Of a DNA stretch of 64,000 nucleotides, positions 10,359 to 21,074 are shown one piece after another. The notes under the pieces are model-generated. The model made no database searches. It saw nothing but the letters and a program-made list of their open reading frames with translations, and was not told the origin of the DNA. The translations under genes and the position numbers were made by a program. Within the stretch, counting starts at the first letter, position 1. Each line of letters starts with the position of its first letter. The stretch comes from an uncultured bacterium. GTDB lineage: Bacteria; Zixibacteria; MSB-5A5; UBA10806. The stretch is from assembly GCA_965541585.1 (NCBI GenBank), contig CBEUCH010000017.1, positions 20,874 to 84,873 on the forward strand, read 5' to 3'.

Positions 10359-12089
10359 TTATTTTCTCTGGAAGATCCGTTCGAGATCATCACGGTTTAG
10401 AGAGGCCATGGTCGGCCTGCCATGAGGGCATCTATACGGTTCCTTGCATTTCATGAGTTCGACGTACAGACCTGTCATCTGCGGCTCTGAAAGCCGATGG
10501 CCGGCTTTGACAGCAGCCTTGCAGGCTACACCTGCCGCCAGAGCCTTCTTCGTTTCCTCGCCTGCTTTTCGATTGGCAGAAAAACTCGCCAGTAGATCCT
10601 TAAATGCGATCTCAGGTGAGATACGGGATAATTCTTGAGGCAATCCCGACAGAATCACCTCATCATCGCCAAACGCTCTTATCTCGAATCCAGCTTTCGC
10701 CAGCAGATCGGATAGCTCCTCTACCAGAGCAGCCTCTCCCGGAGTGATCTTGACTCTTGTCTCGAAGAGAAGCTTCTGCGACGGCATCGGATGCCGGCCG
10801 AAAGAATCCATGGTTTTTTCAAAGAGGATTCGCTCATGAGCGGTATGTTGATCCAGGATTATTATCTCGCCGCCTTTGCGCTTGATAATGTAAGTATCGA
10901 ATAACTGAAAGGCCGGATCGACCTCTGTTTCCGGGGATGTTGGCTCGCTCGCCTTGGCAGCTTGTTGTCCCGGCGGCTGCTGGATAATCGGTTCAACGGG
11001 TAGCGTATCTTTCTGCCTATCACCGAATAATTCCCGCCTGACCTGTTTAAAGGGAATTGTGTCTCCTGCCGGCGAGGGAGTCTTTGTCGAGATACTCACA
11101 GGCAACTGCAAGGCTTTTCTCATGGCATTTTTCAAGGTGGAGAATATGAAACCCCCATCCGCGAAGCGAACCTCGATTTTGGCCGGATGAACGTTGATGT
11201 CGACGAAACCGGTGTCTATTTCGAGAAAGAGAGCAACATAAGGGTATTGCCCCTTTGGAATAGAACCCTCGTATGCGGCGGCAACAGCTCCGAACATAGC
11301 CCGTTCCAGCACCGGTCTCTTATTCACGAAAAAATACATTTCACTGCTATTGCCGCGCATTAACGGCGGGGCCGATACGCATCCATGGATTTTGACGGGA
11401 CCAATCTGCTCTGCTTCAATGGGGATAAGGACTCTGGCTACATCCGAGCCCCAAACCGCCTGCAGACGTTTCAAAATATCATCGGTCGCCGGGAATGAGC
11501 TTTTGCTCTTGCCGTCGTATGTGAGCTTAAATCCCACGTCCGGGCGGGCAATAACGTATCTCCGGATTGTCTCGGCTATTCTCCTCTTTTCCGCCGATTC
11601 CGATTTCAGGAATTTGCGTCGAGCGGGAACATTATAGAACAAGTTTCTGACGGAGATGGAGCAGCCCTTTTTGGGCGGGGCCGGACCGAAAAAGACCTGT
11701 TTTCCACCCTCGAAACTTATCCGGATGCCTGTGTGCTCGTCCCCGGCGCATGTGATAAGTTCCATTATGGAAACCGAGCTGATTGAGGGTAGGGCCTCTC
11801 CCCTGAAACCCATGGACCCGGTTCTTAAGAGGTCTTCCCAGCTCTGGATCTTGGAAGTGGCATGCCTCATAAAGGCGAGTTCCACCTGGTCTTTCGGAAT
11901 CCCCTTGCCGTCATCGACGATCAGTATTTCATCCTTACCTCCACCGGCGATCGAGATTTCGATATTCCCGGCAGAGGCGTCGATAGAATTCTCCACCAGT
12001 TCTTTGACCACCGATGCGGGATTTTCGATTACCTCACCGGCGGCGATCCTGTCTATCAGCCCCTCGGGCAGAACCTTGATAAATTTCAT
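10359..12089 (-). CDS. mutL: DNA mismatch repair endonuclease MutL
   Basis: IAAGEVIE, RHATSK, GFRGEAL, DQHTAHERILFE, ACK, CPHGRP. Confidence 0.97.
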   Translation of the reverse strand: MKFIKVLPEGLIDRIAAGEVIENPASVVKELVENSIDASAGNIEISIAGGGKDEILIVDDGKGIPKDQVELAFMRHATSKIQSWEDLLRTGSMGFRGEALPSISSVSIMELITCAGDEHTGIRISFEGGKQVFFGPAPPKKGCSISVRNLFYNVPARRKFLKSESAEKRRIAETIRRYVIARPDVGFKLTYDGKSKSSFPATDDILKRLQAVWGSDVARVLIPIEAEQIGPVKIHGCVSAPPLMRGNSSEMYFFVNKRPVLERAMFGAVAAAYEGSIPKGQYPYVALFLEIDTGFVDINVHPAKIEVRFADGGFIFSTLKNAMRKALQLPVSISTKTPSPAGDTIPFKQVRRELFGDRQKDTLPVEPIIQQPPGQQAAKASEPTSPETEVDPAFQLFDTYIIKRKGGEIIILDQHTAHERILFEKTMDSFGRHPMPSQKLLFETRVKITPGEAALVEELSDLLAKAGFEIRAFGDDEVILSGLPQELSRISPEIAFKDLLASFSANRKAGEETKKALAAGVACKAAVKAGHRLSEPQMTGLYVELMKCKEPYRCPHGRPTMASLNRDDLERIFQRK

Positions 12090-12213
12090 GGTACTCTCAG
12101 GAGGCTGGCTTGCCTGAAAGCTCAAAATCCACCAACATTCCTCCATTCAGTATGGCAGAACGAAAATCTACTTTTGTCATAGCCGCATATATAACTGATA
12201 TTTAAGGCTATAA

Positions 12214-13614
12214 TCAAGGTTTTTTGGGAAGGGAATAGCGATCGATCTTCCTGTATAGGGTGGATAGGTCGATCCCCAGGATCTTTGCCGCTTTGCTTTT
12301 GTTCCATCCGGTGTGATGAAGTGTATAGTAGATGTAAGCCTTTTCCATTGTCTCGAGATTCGGATTTAGCTCCAGAGATTCAGATAGAACTGCGCCGCTC
12401 TTCTTCGTGGTCTGCCTTATCTCCTCCGGCAAATCCTCGATAGAAATTACGTCATTCTTGGCAAGCATAACCGTTCTCTCCAGCACGTTCTCCAGCTGCC
12501 TGACGTTCCCCGGCCAGCTATACGATTTCAGCATCTGCATGGCCTCCCGCTCCATGGTCCTTTCGGCTATATCGAGCTTGGCCGAATGCCGTCGCAGGAA
12601 ATGTGCAGCCAACAGTTCGATATCATCGGGCCTCTGGCGAAGCGGAGGAATATCTATGGTAAAAACGTCCAGACGGTAATAAAGGTCGGTCCTGAAGGCT
12701 CCATGATCCACCATTTCCCGAAGACTGGCATTCGTGGCTGCTATAACACGAACGTCGACGGAAATCGGCTTTGTCGCGCCCACAGGAGTGATCTCTTTCT
12801 CCTCGAGTACCCGCAAGAGCTTAGCCTGGATAGTTGGACTGGTCTCCCCTACCTCGTCGAGGAAAAAAGTGCCATCGACCGCGGCGGCGAAGAGGCCGGT
12901 TTTATCCTTTATGGCGCCGGTAAACGAGCCTTTCATATGTCCGAACAGCTCCGATTCGAGCAGGCTCTCGGGTAAGGCGGCGCAATTGATCGTCAAAAAC
13001 GGTCCTGATTTTCGCCGGCTTTCGGCATGAATAGCTCTCGATAATACCTCTTTGCCGGTCCCGGATTCGCCGGTGATCAGGACATTTGCATCCATAGATG
13101 CGGCCTTGGCGGCAAGCATTTTCACTTCAAGTATAGATTCCGAGTCGCCCATGAAAGATTCAAATCCCGTTGTCAGCGTTTCTTTAAGGGCCGTGTTCTG
13201 TCTTTTGATTTGCTTCTGCTCGATGGCTTTCTTGATTGAAATCTTGATCTCTTCCACTTTGAACGGTTTGGTGACATAATCGTTGGCGCCCTTCTTCAAG
13301 GCCTCTATAGCCGTATCTATTGAACCGAATGCAGTCATTACTATGACCTCCAGCTCGGGATCGATTTTTTTTGCTTCCGTTAAGATTTCCAGGCCTGATA
13401 TCTCGGGCATCATTAGATCGGTGATAAGAAGATCGTAACGGTTCTCGGGATTTCTCTGTGATCGCATGAGATTTTGCAGGGCGCGGCCGCCGGATGTTTC
13501 CGCGGTGACTTCATATCCCTCCCTGCCCAGCATTATCCGCATGAACTCGCGCATGCTGGATTCATCGTCTATAACCAGTATCCTGGCTTTTGAAACAGCA
13601 GTTGTATTGACCAT
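12214..13614 (-). CDS. Sigma54-dependent response regulator (REC-AAA+-Fis)
   Basis: Receiver domain, GESGTGKE, GSFTGA loop, C-terminal HTH. Confidence 0.93.
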   Translation of the reverse strand: MVNTTAVSKARILVIDDESSMREFMRIMLGREGYEVTAETSGGRALQNLMRSQRNPENRYDLLITDLMMPEISGLEILTEAKKIDPELEVIVMTAFGSIDTAIEALKKGANDYVTKPFKVEEIKISIKKAIEQKQIKRQNTALKETLTTGFESFMGDSESILEVKMLAAKAASMDANVLITGESGTGKEVLSRAIHAESRRKSGPFLTINCAALPESLLESELFGHMKGSFTGAIKDKTGLFAAAVDGTFFLDEVGETSPTIQAKLLRVLEEKEITPVGATKPISVDVRVIAATNASLREMVDHGAFRTDLYYRLDVFTIDIPPLRQRPDDIELLAAHFLRRHSAKLDIAERTMEREAMQMLKSYSWPGNVRQLENVLERTVMLAKNDVISIEDLPEEIRQTTKKSGAVLSESLELNPNLETMEKAYIYYTLHHTGWNKSKAAKILGIDLSTLYRKIDRYSLPKKP

Positions 13615-13860
13615 ATTTTAACCCGTTATGAGAATCGGTATGAATGGCAAGCGTCTTTAGATAAAGTATATCGGGAATCGTAGTTCCCGAAATGCGATTT
13701 TGAGGATGTCGGCAAACCTTAAGCCGATGTCAGGTCTGAAAAATGCTGGCCGGGAAAGTCCGCTCTCAGACGCCAATTAATTGGAAATCGAGGAAGCTCC
13801 GCCTCTCAGCATAGTGGCGGGGCGACATCCTGAGGAAAGGAAACAGGTTCAGCTTCCGAA

Positions 13861-15228
13861 TTACCGGAATTTATGAAAGATATTTATCGGATATTTGCCG
13901 GAAAAACAGGCGGAGCAGAACTCATCCGGAGGGAGCGCCGGGAGGTTTATCATTCCCTCTATCGAGAGATAACCCACTGAGTCGGCCCCCAGGAAGCGCC
14001 TTATTGACTCCACCGATTTTCTCGAGGCCAGAAGCTCTTTTTTAGTCGGCATGTCGATACCGTAAAAACAGGGACTCACTATAGGCGGCGATGATAATCT
14101 CAAGTGGACTTCTTTAGCGCCTGCATCCCGCAACATGACGACGAGCTTTTTCGATGTGGTCCCCCGGACGAGCGAATCATCTACAATCACAACGCGCTTT
14201 TTATTGATTACTCCGCGGACAACGTTGAATTTCTTCTTGACATCGAGATCGCGAATTTTCTGTTCGGGTCGAATGAACGTCCTGCCGACGTAGTGATTGC
14301 GGATGAATCCGATATCATACCTGATTTTGGACTCCTCCGAAAATCCCAGTGCGGCCGTATTGGAACTGTCCGGTACCGATATTACGATATCGGCCTCAAC
14401 GGGATGTTCTCTGGCCAGAAGCCGTCCCAGCCGCCTCCTGACTTTATCCACGTTCATGCCGTAGATCATCGAATCGGGACGCGAAAAATAGATGAACTCG
14501 AAAATGCAAAAAGCATGTCTGCTTCTCTTCAGAATATCATAACTTCGAATTCCATGGCCGTTGATGACGATTATCTCGCCGGGATTGATATCGCGAATAT
14601 ATCTGGCACCGATTATATCGAAAGCGCAGGTTTCCGAGGCTATGATCCAGGCCGACCTCTTTTTCCCCAGAGCCAGCGGCCTGACGCCGGCGGGATCCCG
14701 TGCCGCCACAAGATGTTTCGGAGTCAAAAGCACCATGCTGTATGCCCCGATAACCTTGCCAAGCGCCTCCGCCAGGGCTAGTTCGATCCGACGTTTCTTC
14801 GATCTGGCCAGAAAATGTAGAATTATCTCCGTATCCGACGAGGTGCGGAAAATGGAACCGCGCTTTTCCAATTCCTTCTTTATGCGGCGATAATTGGTCA
14901 GATTGCCGTTATGGGCCAGCGCCAGGTGGCCGCGGCTGTAGTTGATTACAAGCGGCTGTACGTTTTCGGTGGATGACGAGCCGGTAGTTGAATACCTGTT
15001 ATGCCCTATAGCCGAATACCCTTTGAGTTCCTTGAGATCGTGATGCGAGGAGAAGACCTCGTTGACCAGCCCCATTCCCAGGCGAGAATGAAAACCGGTT
15101 TTATCGGCGGTTATGATGCCGCATGATTCCTGCCCGCGGTGCTGAAGAGCGTAGAGCCCGAGATAAGTAAGATCCGCGGCATTCCGGGCACCATAGACAG
15201 CGAAAACGCCGCATTTGTCTCTAATCAC
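13861..15228 (-). CDS. purF: Amidophosphoribosyltransferase
   Basis: CGVF, LQHRGQE, GHNRYST, VDDSLVRGTT, Fe-S cysteines. Confidence 0.97.
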   Translation of the reverse strand: MIRDKCGVFAVYGARNAADLTYLGLYALQHRGQESCGIITADKTGFHSRLGMGLVNEVFSSHHDLKELKGYSAIGHNRYSTTGSSSTENVQPLVINYSRGHLALAHNGNLTNYRRIKKELEKRGSIFRTSSDTEIILHFLARSKKRRIELALAEALGKVIGAYSMVLLTPKHLVAARDPAGVRPLALGKKRSAWIIASETCAFDIIGARYIRDINPGEIIVINGHGIRSYDILKRSRHAFCIFEFIYFSRPDSMIYGMNVDKVRRRLGRLLAREHPVEADIVISVPDSSNTAALGFSEESKIRYDIGFIRNHYVGRTFIRPEQKIRDLDVKKKFNVVRGVINKKRVVIVDDSLVRGTTSKKLVVMLRDAGAKEVHLRLSSPPIVSPCFYGIDMPTKKELLASRKSVESIRRFLGADSVGYLSIEGMINLPALPPDEFCSACFSGKYPINIFHKFR

Positions 15229-15331
15229 GCAATTACCGCCCCGTCAGAATCAGTATCTACAGACAAAGTAAAATCACTCACAGAACCAGCCGATAACCCA
15301 ATCAGGGGCCGACTGCCGGCGCGAATTGTGA

Positions 15332-15367
15332 ATCATATTGACCGCCTGCTGTTCTGTCAAGTATATT
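15332..15367. promoter_or_regulatory. Overlapping divergent sigma70 promoters (purF / HisKA gene)
   Basis: Minus: TTGACA-N17-TATGAT; plus: TTGACC-N18-TATATT. Confidence 0.6.
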
Positions 15368-15395
15368 GTTTTGTACGTATAATTATGAGGTTTTC

Positions 15396-16559
15396 TTGAA
15401 ATTGCCCGACCCCGAAATCCAATATGCCATGTCTCTTCTCAGAGGCATTGGCCGTAGTCGTATAGGTGATCTGGCGGAGTCCTGCGGGAAGACGCTGATA
15501 TCTATCGCCCGGCCTTCGGCAGTGAGAATTTCGATCCAGCTGGAGGGATTGTCGGCGGAGATTTTCGAGAATGGCAGCCAAAGGCACCTGATGAGATTAA
15601 CCCGGGCCCTGAAAGATTATGGATTAGCAGATCTTGATAGTGAACAACGGCTCCCGGATTATGTAAATATTTCAACCGATAATGGCAAGATCATCTGCCT
15701 TGCCGTAATCAAGCATCTCGGGCTCCCTATCGGTGTGGCCGCCGCCTTTTCAGGACCATCAGACACCGCTACTCTGCCACTCGATGAGGGCCTGTACTTA
15801 TGTGTCTCCCAGCTCAATGCCCGTATTCATGCCATATTATCACCCGGTACTCAGAGTGCTGTGGAGGTTTTGTGCAGGCGTCTCCTGAGAGGTCTCCATG
15901 ATACCTCGGCAAAAGCGGTCGGCGGGCAACTGGCCGATGACGGTGATTTCTGGATTTCCGTTTCTCATGCGAAAGAAATCACCTCCTGCCGGGAAACCGA
16001 TCCACTCATTGCCGACGATATTGAATCGCTGAAAAACGGCGAGGAGATGGATGAGAAGATCTTAAGCCAGATCTGGCTGGAGCCGGAAATCGATGCCGGA
16101 GTCTGGATCACGGATTTGCCTGGCTACTTCGTTGCCGTCGGATTCCCCGACAAGCAGGATATCACCAAACAGGTTATAGGCATTATTAAAAAACAGATTG
16201 AAAGCCTTGCCGTAGCAGATACGGATTATATTATCAAATCGTTCGAAAAGCTCAAAGCGGATTTCAAAAAACTCGTCAAATCCGAACGAGTGGCCGCCAT
16301 CAATGAAACGGCGGTTACCGTCAACCATGAAATCAACAATCCTCTCACCGCTATTCTCGGCAATACCCAGCTTCTGTTGATGGCCAAAGATAAGTTGCCC
16401 GAAGATGCGATTGCCAAACTTCAGACGATCGAAAAATCGGCTATCCAGATACGCGAAGCCACCAGCAAGCTCATGTCCATTGTAGAACCTGTCAAAACCT
16501 CCTATGCTTCGGGGCTGGACATGATCGATATTGAAAAGAGTAAGAAGAAAAAGTCCTGA
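15396..16559 (+). CDS. Protein with C-terminal HisKA phospho-acceptor domain and no HATPase domain
   Basis: AVTVNHEINNPLTAILG H-box; protein ends ~75 aa after the His; TTG start after GAGG. Confidence 0.75.
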   Translation: MKLPDPEIQYAMSLLRGIGRSRIGDLAESCGKTLISIARPSAVRISIQLEGLSAEIFENGSQRHLMRLTRALKDYGLADLDSEQRLPDYVNISTDNGKIICLAVIKHLGLPIGVAAAFSGPSDTATLPLDEGLYLCVSQLNARIHAILSPGTQSAVEVLCRRLLRGLHDTSAKAVGGQLADDGDFWISVSHAKEITSCRETDPLIADDIESLKNGEEMDEKILSQIWLEPEIDAGVWITDLPGYFVAVGFPDKQDITKQVIGIIKKQIESLAVADTDYIIKSFEKLKADFKKLVKSERVAAINETAVTVNHEINNPLTAILGNTQLLLMAKDKLPEDAIAKLQTIEKSAIQIREATSKLMSIVEPVKTSYASGLDMIDIEKSKKKKS

Positions 16560-16682
16560 TAGCACCAACGCATCACAAAATCATTACAAGATTTCATAGA
16601 GAATTATTTCACTTGCCGAGAGATGCCTTTCCTTATAAATTGATCGGACGATTTTTGCGGATTGGCTTCAGGAGAGGATCAC

Positions 16683-17531
16683 TTGGGAATTTTCACAGCT
16701 CTGACAAAACGATTTATAGCAGGCGAAACGAAACAGGATGCCGTGAACGCCGTCCGCAGGCTCAACGAAATGGGTATGAGGACCACCCTGGATATCCTGG
16801 GCGAAAATGTCACATCAAAAGAAATGGCCCGGGATCTTGCTGATTTTTATATCGATGTTCTCGACACCATATCATCCGAGAAGATCAGCGCCAACGTCTC
16901 ATTAAAACTGACGCAGATGGGGCTGGACATCTCGGATGAGTTTTGTTTTGAAAACGTCGGCCGAATCATAAAGGCCGCCAAAGAGCGCGATAATTTCGTG
17001 CGAATCGATATGGAAGGCTCCGACTATACTGAGAGGACCCTGAAACTGGTTTACCGCTGGGCCGAGGAATTCGACAACGTGGGGACTGTTATTCAATCCA
17101 TGCTATACCGCTCGGAAAATGATATTAAAGAACTCAACCAGCGCGGTATAAGGATTCGCTTATGCAAAGGGGCATACAAAGAGCCGGCCAGCGTCGCCTA
17201 CCCGAAAAAGGAGCAGGTTAACTCGAATTTCATCGTCCTGATGAAACTTCTTCTCGACAGCGGTTACTTTCATGCAATCGCCACCCACGATAACGCTATG
17301 ATTTCGGCCACAAAGAAGTATGCCGATGAGCAAAATATCGGCAAAGACAAATTCGAATTCCAGATGCTTTACGGCATAAATCGCACCGTCCAGACCGAGC
17401 TGGTATCAGAGGGTTACGGCATGCTGGTCTATGTCCCCTTCGGGACTCACTGGTTTCCCTACTATTTCCGCCGGCTCCGCGAGCGAAAAGAGAATATCCT
17501 GTTCATATTAAAGCATCTGTTTAAGAGGTAA
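16683..17531 (+). CDS. Monofunctional proline dehydrogenase
   Basis: RFIAGE, DILGE, SLKLTQ, RIDME, RLCKGAY, IATHD, FQMLYG, RRLRER. Confidence 0.93.
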   Translation: MGIFTALTKRFIAGETKQDAVNAVRRLNEMGMRTTLDILGENVTSKEMARDLADFYIDVLDTISSEKISANVSLKLTQMGLDISDEFCFENVGRIIKAAKERDNFVRIDMEGSDYTERTLKLVYRWAEEFDNVGTVIQSMLYRSENDIKELNQRGIRIRLCKGAYKEPASVAYPKKEQVNSNFIVLMKLLLDSGYFHAIATHDNAMISATKKYADEQNIGKDKFEFQMLYGINRTVQTELVSEGYGMLVYVPFGTHWFPYYFRRLRERKENILFILKHLFKR

Positions 17532-17571
17532 GCCAGGAAGCAATTTTATTTGTTACTCCAGGAGCAGTAAA

Positions 17572-17758
17572 CCTAAAACATCTCCCCCAGCCTGGCGGCG
17601 ATGGACTCCAGGAGCTTCTCATCGCCGTCGCTGAAGGCGTTCAACTTATCAGAATCAATATCGATCTCTCCCTTGACCTGATCTCCAATCATAATCGGGA
17701 CTACTATTTCGGATTTAGTTTCAATGGAGCATGCCAGATACCTGGGATCGGTGCTGAC
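17572..17758 (-). pseudogene. Duplicated 3' end (187 bp) of the GAF/fRMsr gene at 22197-22679; att-like direct repeat
   Basis: Ungapped match to 22196-22382 with 7 mismatches; similarity stops abruptly at 17758/22382. Confidence 0.93.
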
Positions 17759-17858
17759 GGTGATCACTCCCTGACGGCCACTTTGACTTTTATGGAGGCT
17801 GCTTTGTAACCAGGGTTGATTCCGGGGCTAATCCGAAGAAGTTCAAAACCGTCGCAGG

Positions 17859-18329
17859 TCAGTCGTCTGCACCCGGCCGTAAGATTCTTTTCTTGACTCT
17901 CTCGGGCAGTAATTGCCCGATAAGTTCCTTGATATCCGCGCCTCCCCGGATATTCAGCCAGACCATTCTCTCATGGGATTCAAAGACAAGTTCATAGGTC
18001 AGGAAGACGCAGCATTTACGTTCAAAAATGACGAATTCAACGAGGGCCTCGATCTTTTCGTCCGTGCCCTCAAATCCGAGACCGTATCCGTCCGATAGTT
18101 CCGCGAGAGCCCGTATATCGGCCAGCGCCCTGATGTCGGCTGCTCGTTTATCCGGGTTTCGCGCAATCTCGAGAAAGCAGGTATTCCGAGGCGACCTCTT
18201 TCCACTATCCCGCTCTTCCGCCGCGGCCGTCGGGACTACAAAATCGATCCGGTAAAACGTCGGCACCAGCATCATAATTACTATCAATCCTCCGAGCCGT
18301 CCGGCTCCAGGGCGGCATAATATATTCAT
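17859..18329 (-). CDS. Hypothetical protein with ERxCCxF motif
   Basis: DGYGLGF...FVIFERKCCVFLTYEL pattern; AGAGG RBS; N-terminal hydrophobic stretch. Confidence 0.7.
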   Translation of the reverse strand: MNILCRPGAGRLGGLIVIMMLVPTFYRIDFVVPTAAAEERDSGKRSPRNTCFLEIARNPDKRAADIRALADIRALAELSDGYGLGFEGTDEKIEALVEFVIFERKCCVFLTYELVFESHERMVWLNIRGGADIKELIGQLLPERVKKRILRPGADD

Positions 18330-18908
18330 GTTCCTCTCCTTTCGTGATGCCCGATTTGCAGGCCGCAGTATGCTACACCAAACTGCAGATCATTATAATC
18401 CGCAAAAACTTAATATTCCTCGAACATCTGCTATGTTGAATTAACCGACTCGGCTCCCATTTGTCAAGTCTGTTGTCCGATGCGGGCGTCAGGGCGGGGA
18501 GTACCGTCAGGTTGTCATTAACTCGATAATATAGGATTGGATTGCAACATTTTCTTGAAACCGGTTTGACGGTTATTAAATTAGGCTGATACTGCATCAC
18601 GCATGACAATATCACATTGGGTCAGACTATACTTCTGCCGGGCCTCGCCAAAAGAGATGTTATAATGTATCCGGGTCGCAAAAAAGTTTAATAAATATCT
18701 TGACACGGTTGCCGCATACTGCTTAAGTTGACCTTTGTATAACAGCAAATCTTTACCCTCCCCCCGGGTATGGCTATGCACCAGGATTTTCCGGCTGTTT
18801 GCGTTAAGCTCATTGGCGATACGCAGGTGCCTTCGATGAAGGATTCGGTTGATTTGCACATTGTAATACTTTTGACCCGGGATATAAATTCTTTGGAGAT
18901 TTCACAGC

Positions 18909-19754
18909 GTGCGTCCGAGAATCGTTGAATATCTAAATAATATAACCGGGATCGATATTTTCGGCTGGCTTGTTCCCGATCCGTCGGTAATTTATGCTTT
19001 TTCATTCGTGCTGGTGGTGATAGTCTTCGTGCGGCGATGCAAAACCGCCGGATTAGAGATCCGCGTCGCCCTGGATATCGCTTTCTGGGGATCTATTTGT
19101 GCATTCATATTCGCCCGCCTTTTTTATCTTTTCATTTATCAGGAGGGTGGTTCCCTGAGGCCGGCCGATTTGCTGTCATCCGGCGGAACTGCTTCCTGGG
19201 GAGTGTATACGGGCGTTTTCACCGGAGCCGTTCTTTATCTGCTAATCAGGAAACGGCGGATACTTCCTTATCTCGACATTATCGCCGCCAGTTTGCCTTT
19301 AAGCACCTTCGTCGGCAGATGGAGTTGTTTTATGTATGGCTGTGATTACGGAACCCGCACAGATGTCGCCTGGGGGGTTCGTTACCCTTTCGCAAGTAAA
19401 GCCTTCGCCGCACATTTAGGCGACGGCCTGGTAATGCCGGATTCTCAACTATCTGCGGCGGTTCATCCAAACCAGATTTATCTTTCGATTAACGCATTGA
19501 TCTTGTTTATTATAATATCCCGTTTCTGGAGCAACAACAGATCAAAGCCCGGATTGACTTTTGCCTTTTACTTGACAGCCTACGGAATATCTCGTTTTTT
19601 CCTCGAATTCTTCCGGGACGACGCCGGCTCCGGACCGATTTCGGCATTAAACCTGCCCCAGACAATATGCCTGATTTCAATCTTCTTCGGAATAGGATGG
19701 ATTGTTTATCTGCATTATGGCGCTAGAGAATTCGCTCACGCCAGAGGAATTTAA
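18909..19754 (+). CDS. Prolipoprotein diacylglyceryl transferase (Lgt)-family paralog, divergent
   Basis: Multi-TM; ARLFY, GGTASWG, GRWSCFMYGCDYG, HPNQIY, YGISRFFLEFFR. Confidence 0.85.
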   Translation: MRPRIVEYLNNITGIDIFGWLVPDPSVIYAFSFVLVVIVFVRRCKTAGLEIRVALDIAFWGSICAFIFARLFYLFIYQEGGSLRPADLLSSGGTASWGVYTGVFTGAVLYLLIRKRRILPYLDIIAASLPLSTFVGRWSCFMYGCDYGTRTDVAWGVRYPFASKAFAAHLGDGLVMPDSQLSAAVHPNQIYLSINALILFIIISRFWSNNRSKPGLTFAFYLTAYGISRFFLEFFRDDAGSGPISALNLPQTICLISIFFGIGWIVYLHYGAREFAHARGI

Positions 19755-19786
19755 CCATTAAAAGAAGGAAGGAGGGAATTATCCGG

Positions 19787-21037
19787 ATGTTTAAAGCGTA
19801 TACTAGACAGATACTGATGCTTGGAATCCTCGTCGCCGCGATTCTACAGTTCGGCGCCAATTGCGATTGCGAGCAACCTGTTATCGACTCCATGACCCCT
19901 GGTTCAGGGCCCGGAGGAACGATTGTCGAGGTCGTTTACTCGAAAGGCGGCTTGAGTGGGACGATCGAATACGATGGTGCTTTAGTGGAAACACGTAACG
20001 CAGGAAATCTGGGAATCGGCAAGACGCTTTTCTTCACCATTCCGTATGGTGCGACAGCCGGAGGAAAGAACGTCAGGGTGTATTCCGGAGGGAAGTACTC
20101 GGCCGCCCAGACGTTCAACGTAACAGGCTCCGCGGCCGTGCCAACCCCGGCCATCGACGGTTATGCATTCGGCAACGCCCAGGGTACCGAACTCACTATT
20201 TTCGGCAGCAATTTCAGCACTTTAACCGAGGTATTCATCGGCGGGGTGGAGGTCGCCGGCTATTCGGGGTCATCGCTTCCGTTACGGCAGATACCGCACG
20301 GTTTTGTCGACAATCTGATCATCTGCAAGCCGGCTTCCAATTTCGTTGCGGGAACATCTTACGGTGTACAGGCGCGGAATCCCGGCGGCATTAATTCCAG
20401 CACGGTTAATTTCACGTTCCCCGGCAGGGTTTGCGACATGGAATTCGACGCCATAACCGGCACGCCGGTTCCGGACTATTACGTCTGGCAGAACAACACG
20501 GTAAACACGATCAGACGAAGCTACAGCGAGTGCGGCTGGGTGATTGAGTTGGCCTATGACGACACTTCGCTGGTGGACCCGCTTCCCGGTACGCCTTTCT
20601 CCTTTGCCGATCTGTACAGTTTCTGGCAGGCCAACGCCGCACCGACGGCAGGATGCTATATGCATGGGGCGTTTATTCCGGACGGTCCCGGGCCTCGCGG
20701 AGTCATGTATATGAACATCTTTAGCACCCCCAGTCTGCCCGCGGCCAATCGCCGGCAGGGCTTTGGCGTCTTCTGGGACGATTTCGCAGGCTACGCCGAT
20801 AGAATGCAGAAATACTTCAGAACTACTCTTCACGAATCGGGGCATGGATTTAATTGCTTGCACGGCGATGCCAGCGCAAGCCAGACCCTGATGACCACAA
20901 CGCCGTCGCTGGCCGCGGGGTGGCATTGCTTCTTCTCCACCACGAGCTGTCCTCATCTGAGCGGTCACACTCTCAACGCAGTCTGTCCCGGTGGAGAAGC
21001 CTTTGGCTCGTCACGTTCTTGCAACTCTTTGCATTGA
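19787..21037 (+). CDS. Putative lipoprotein with two IPT/TIG domains and a zincin metallopeptidase domain
   Basis: Signal ending FGANC-DC; PVIDSMTPGSGPGGTIV and P-I...LTIFGSNF IPT repeats; HESGHGFNCLH followed by a Met-turn-like TLM. Confidence 0.8.
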   Translation: MFKAYTRQILMLGILVAAILQFGANCDCEQPVIDSMTPGSGPGGTIVEVVYSKGGLSGTIEYDGALVETRNAGNLGIGKTLFFTIPYGATAGGKNVRVYSGGKYSAAQTFNVTGSAAVPTPAIDGYAFGNAQGTELTIFGSNFSTLTEVFIGGVEVAGYSGSSLPLRQIPHGFVDNLIICKPASNFVAGTSYGVQARNPGGINSSTVNFTFPGRVCDMEFDAITGTPVPDYYVWQNNTVNTIRRSYSECGWVIELAYDDTSLVDPLPGTPFSFADLYSFWQANAAPTAGCYMHGAFIPDGPGPRGVMYMNIFSTPSLPAANRRQGFGVFWDDFAGYADRMQKYFRTTLHESGHGFNCLHGDASASQTLMTTTPSLAAGWHCFFSTTSCPHLSGHTLNAVCPGGEAFGSSRSCNSLH

Positions 21038-21074
21038 GCCTTGTAAAATGAAAACCAAAGTAAGGAGTAAGCCG

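Noticed and set aside
15229..15330. Purine/ZTP riboswitch in the purF leader
   Set aside because: Only a weak hairpin; no recognisable aptamer consensus.
18373..19005. Short minus-strand ORFs in the islet intergenic region
   Set aside because: No RBS or motif support and mutually overlapping; more likely a divergent promoter region.
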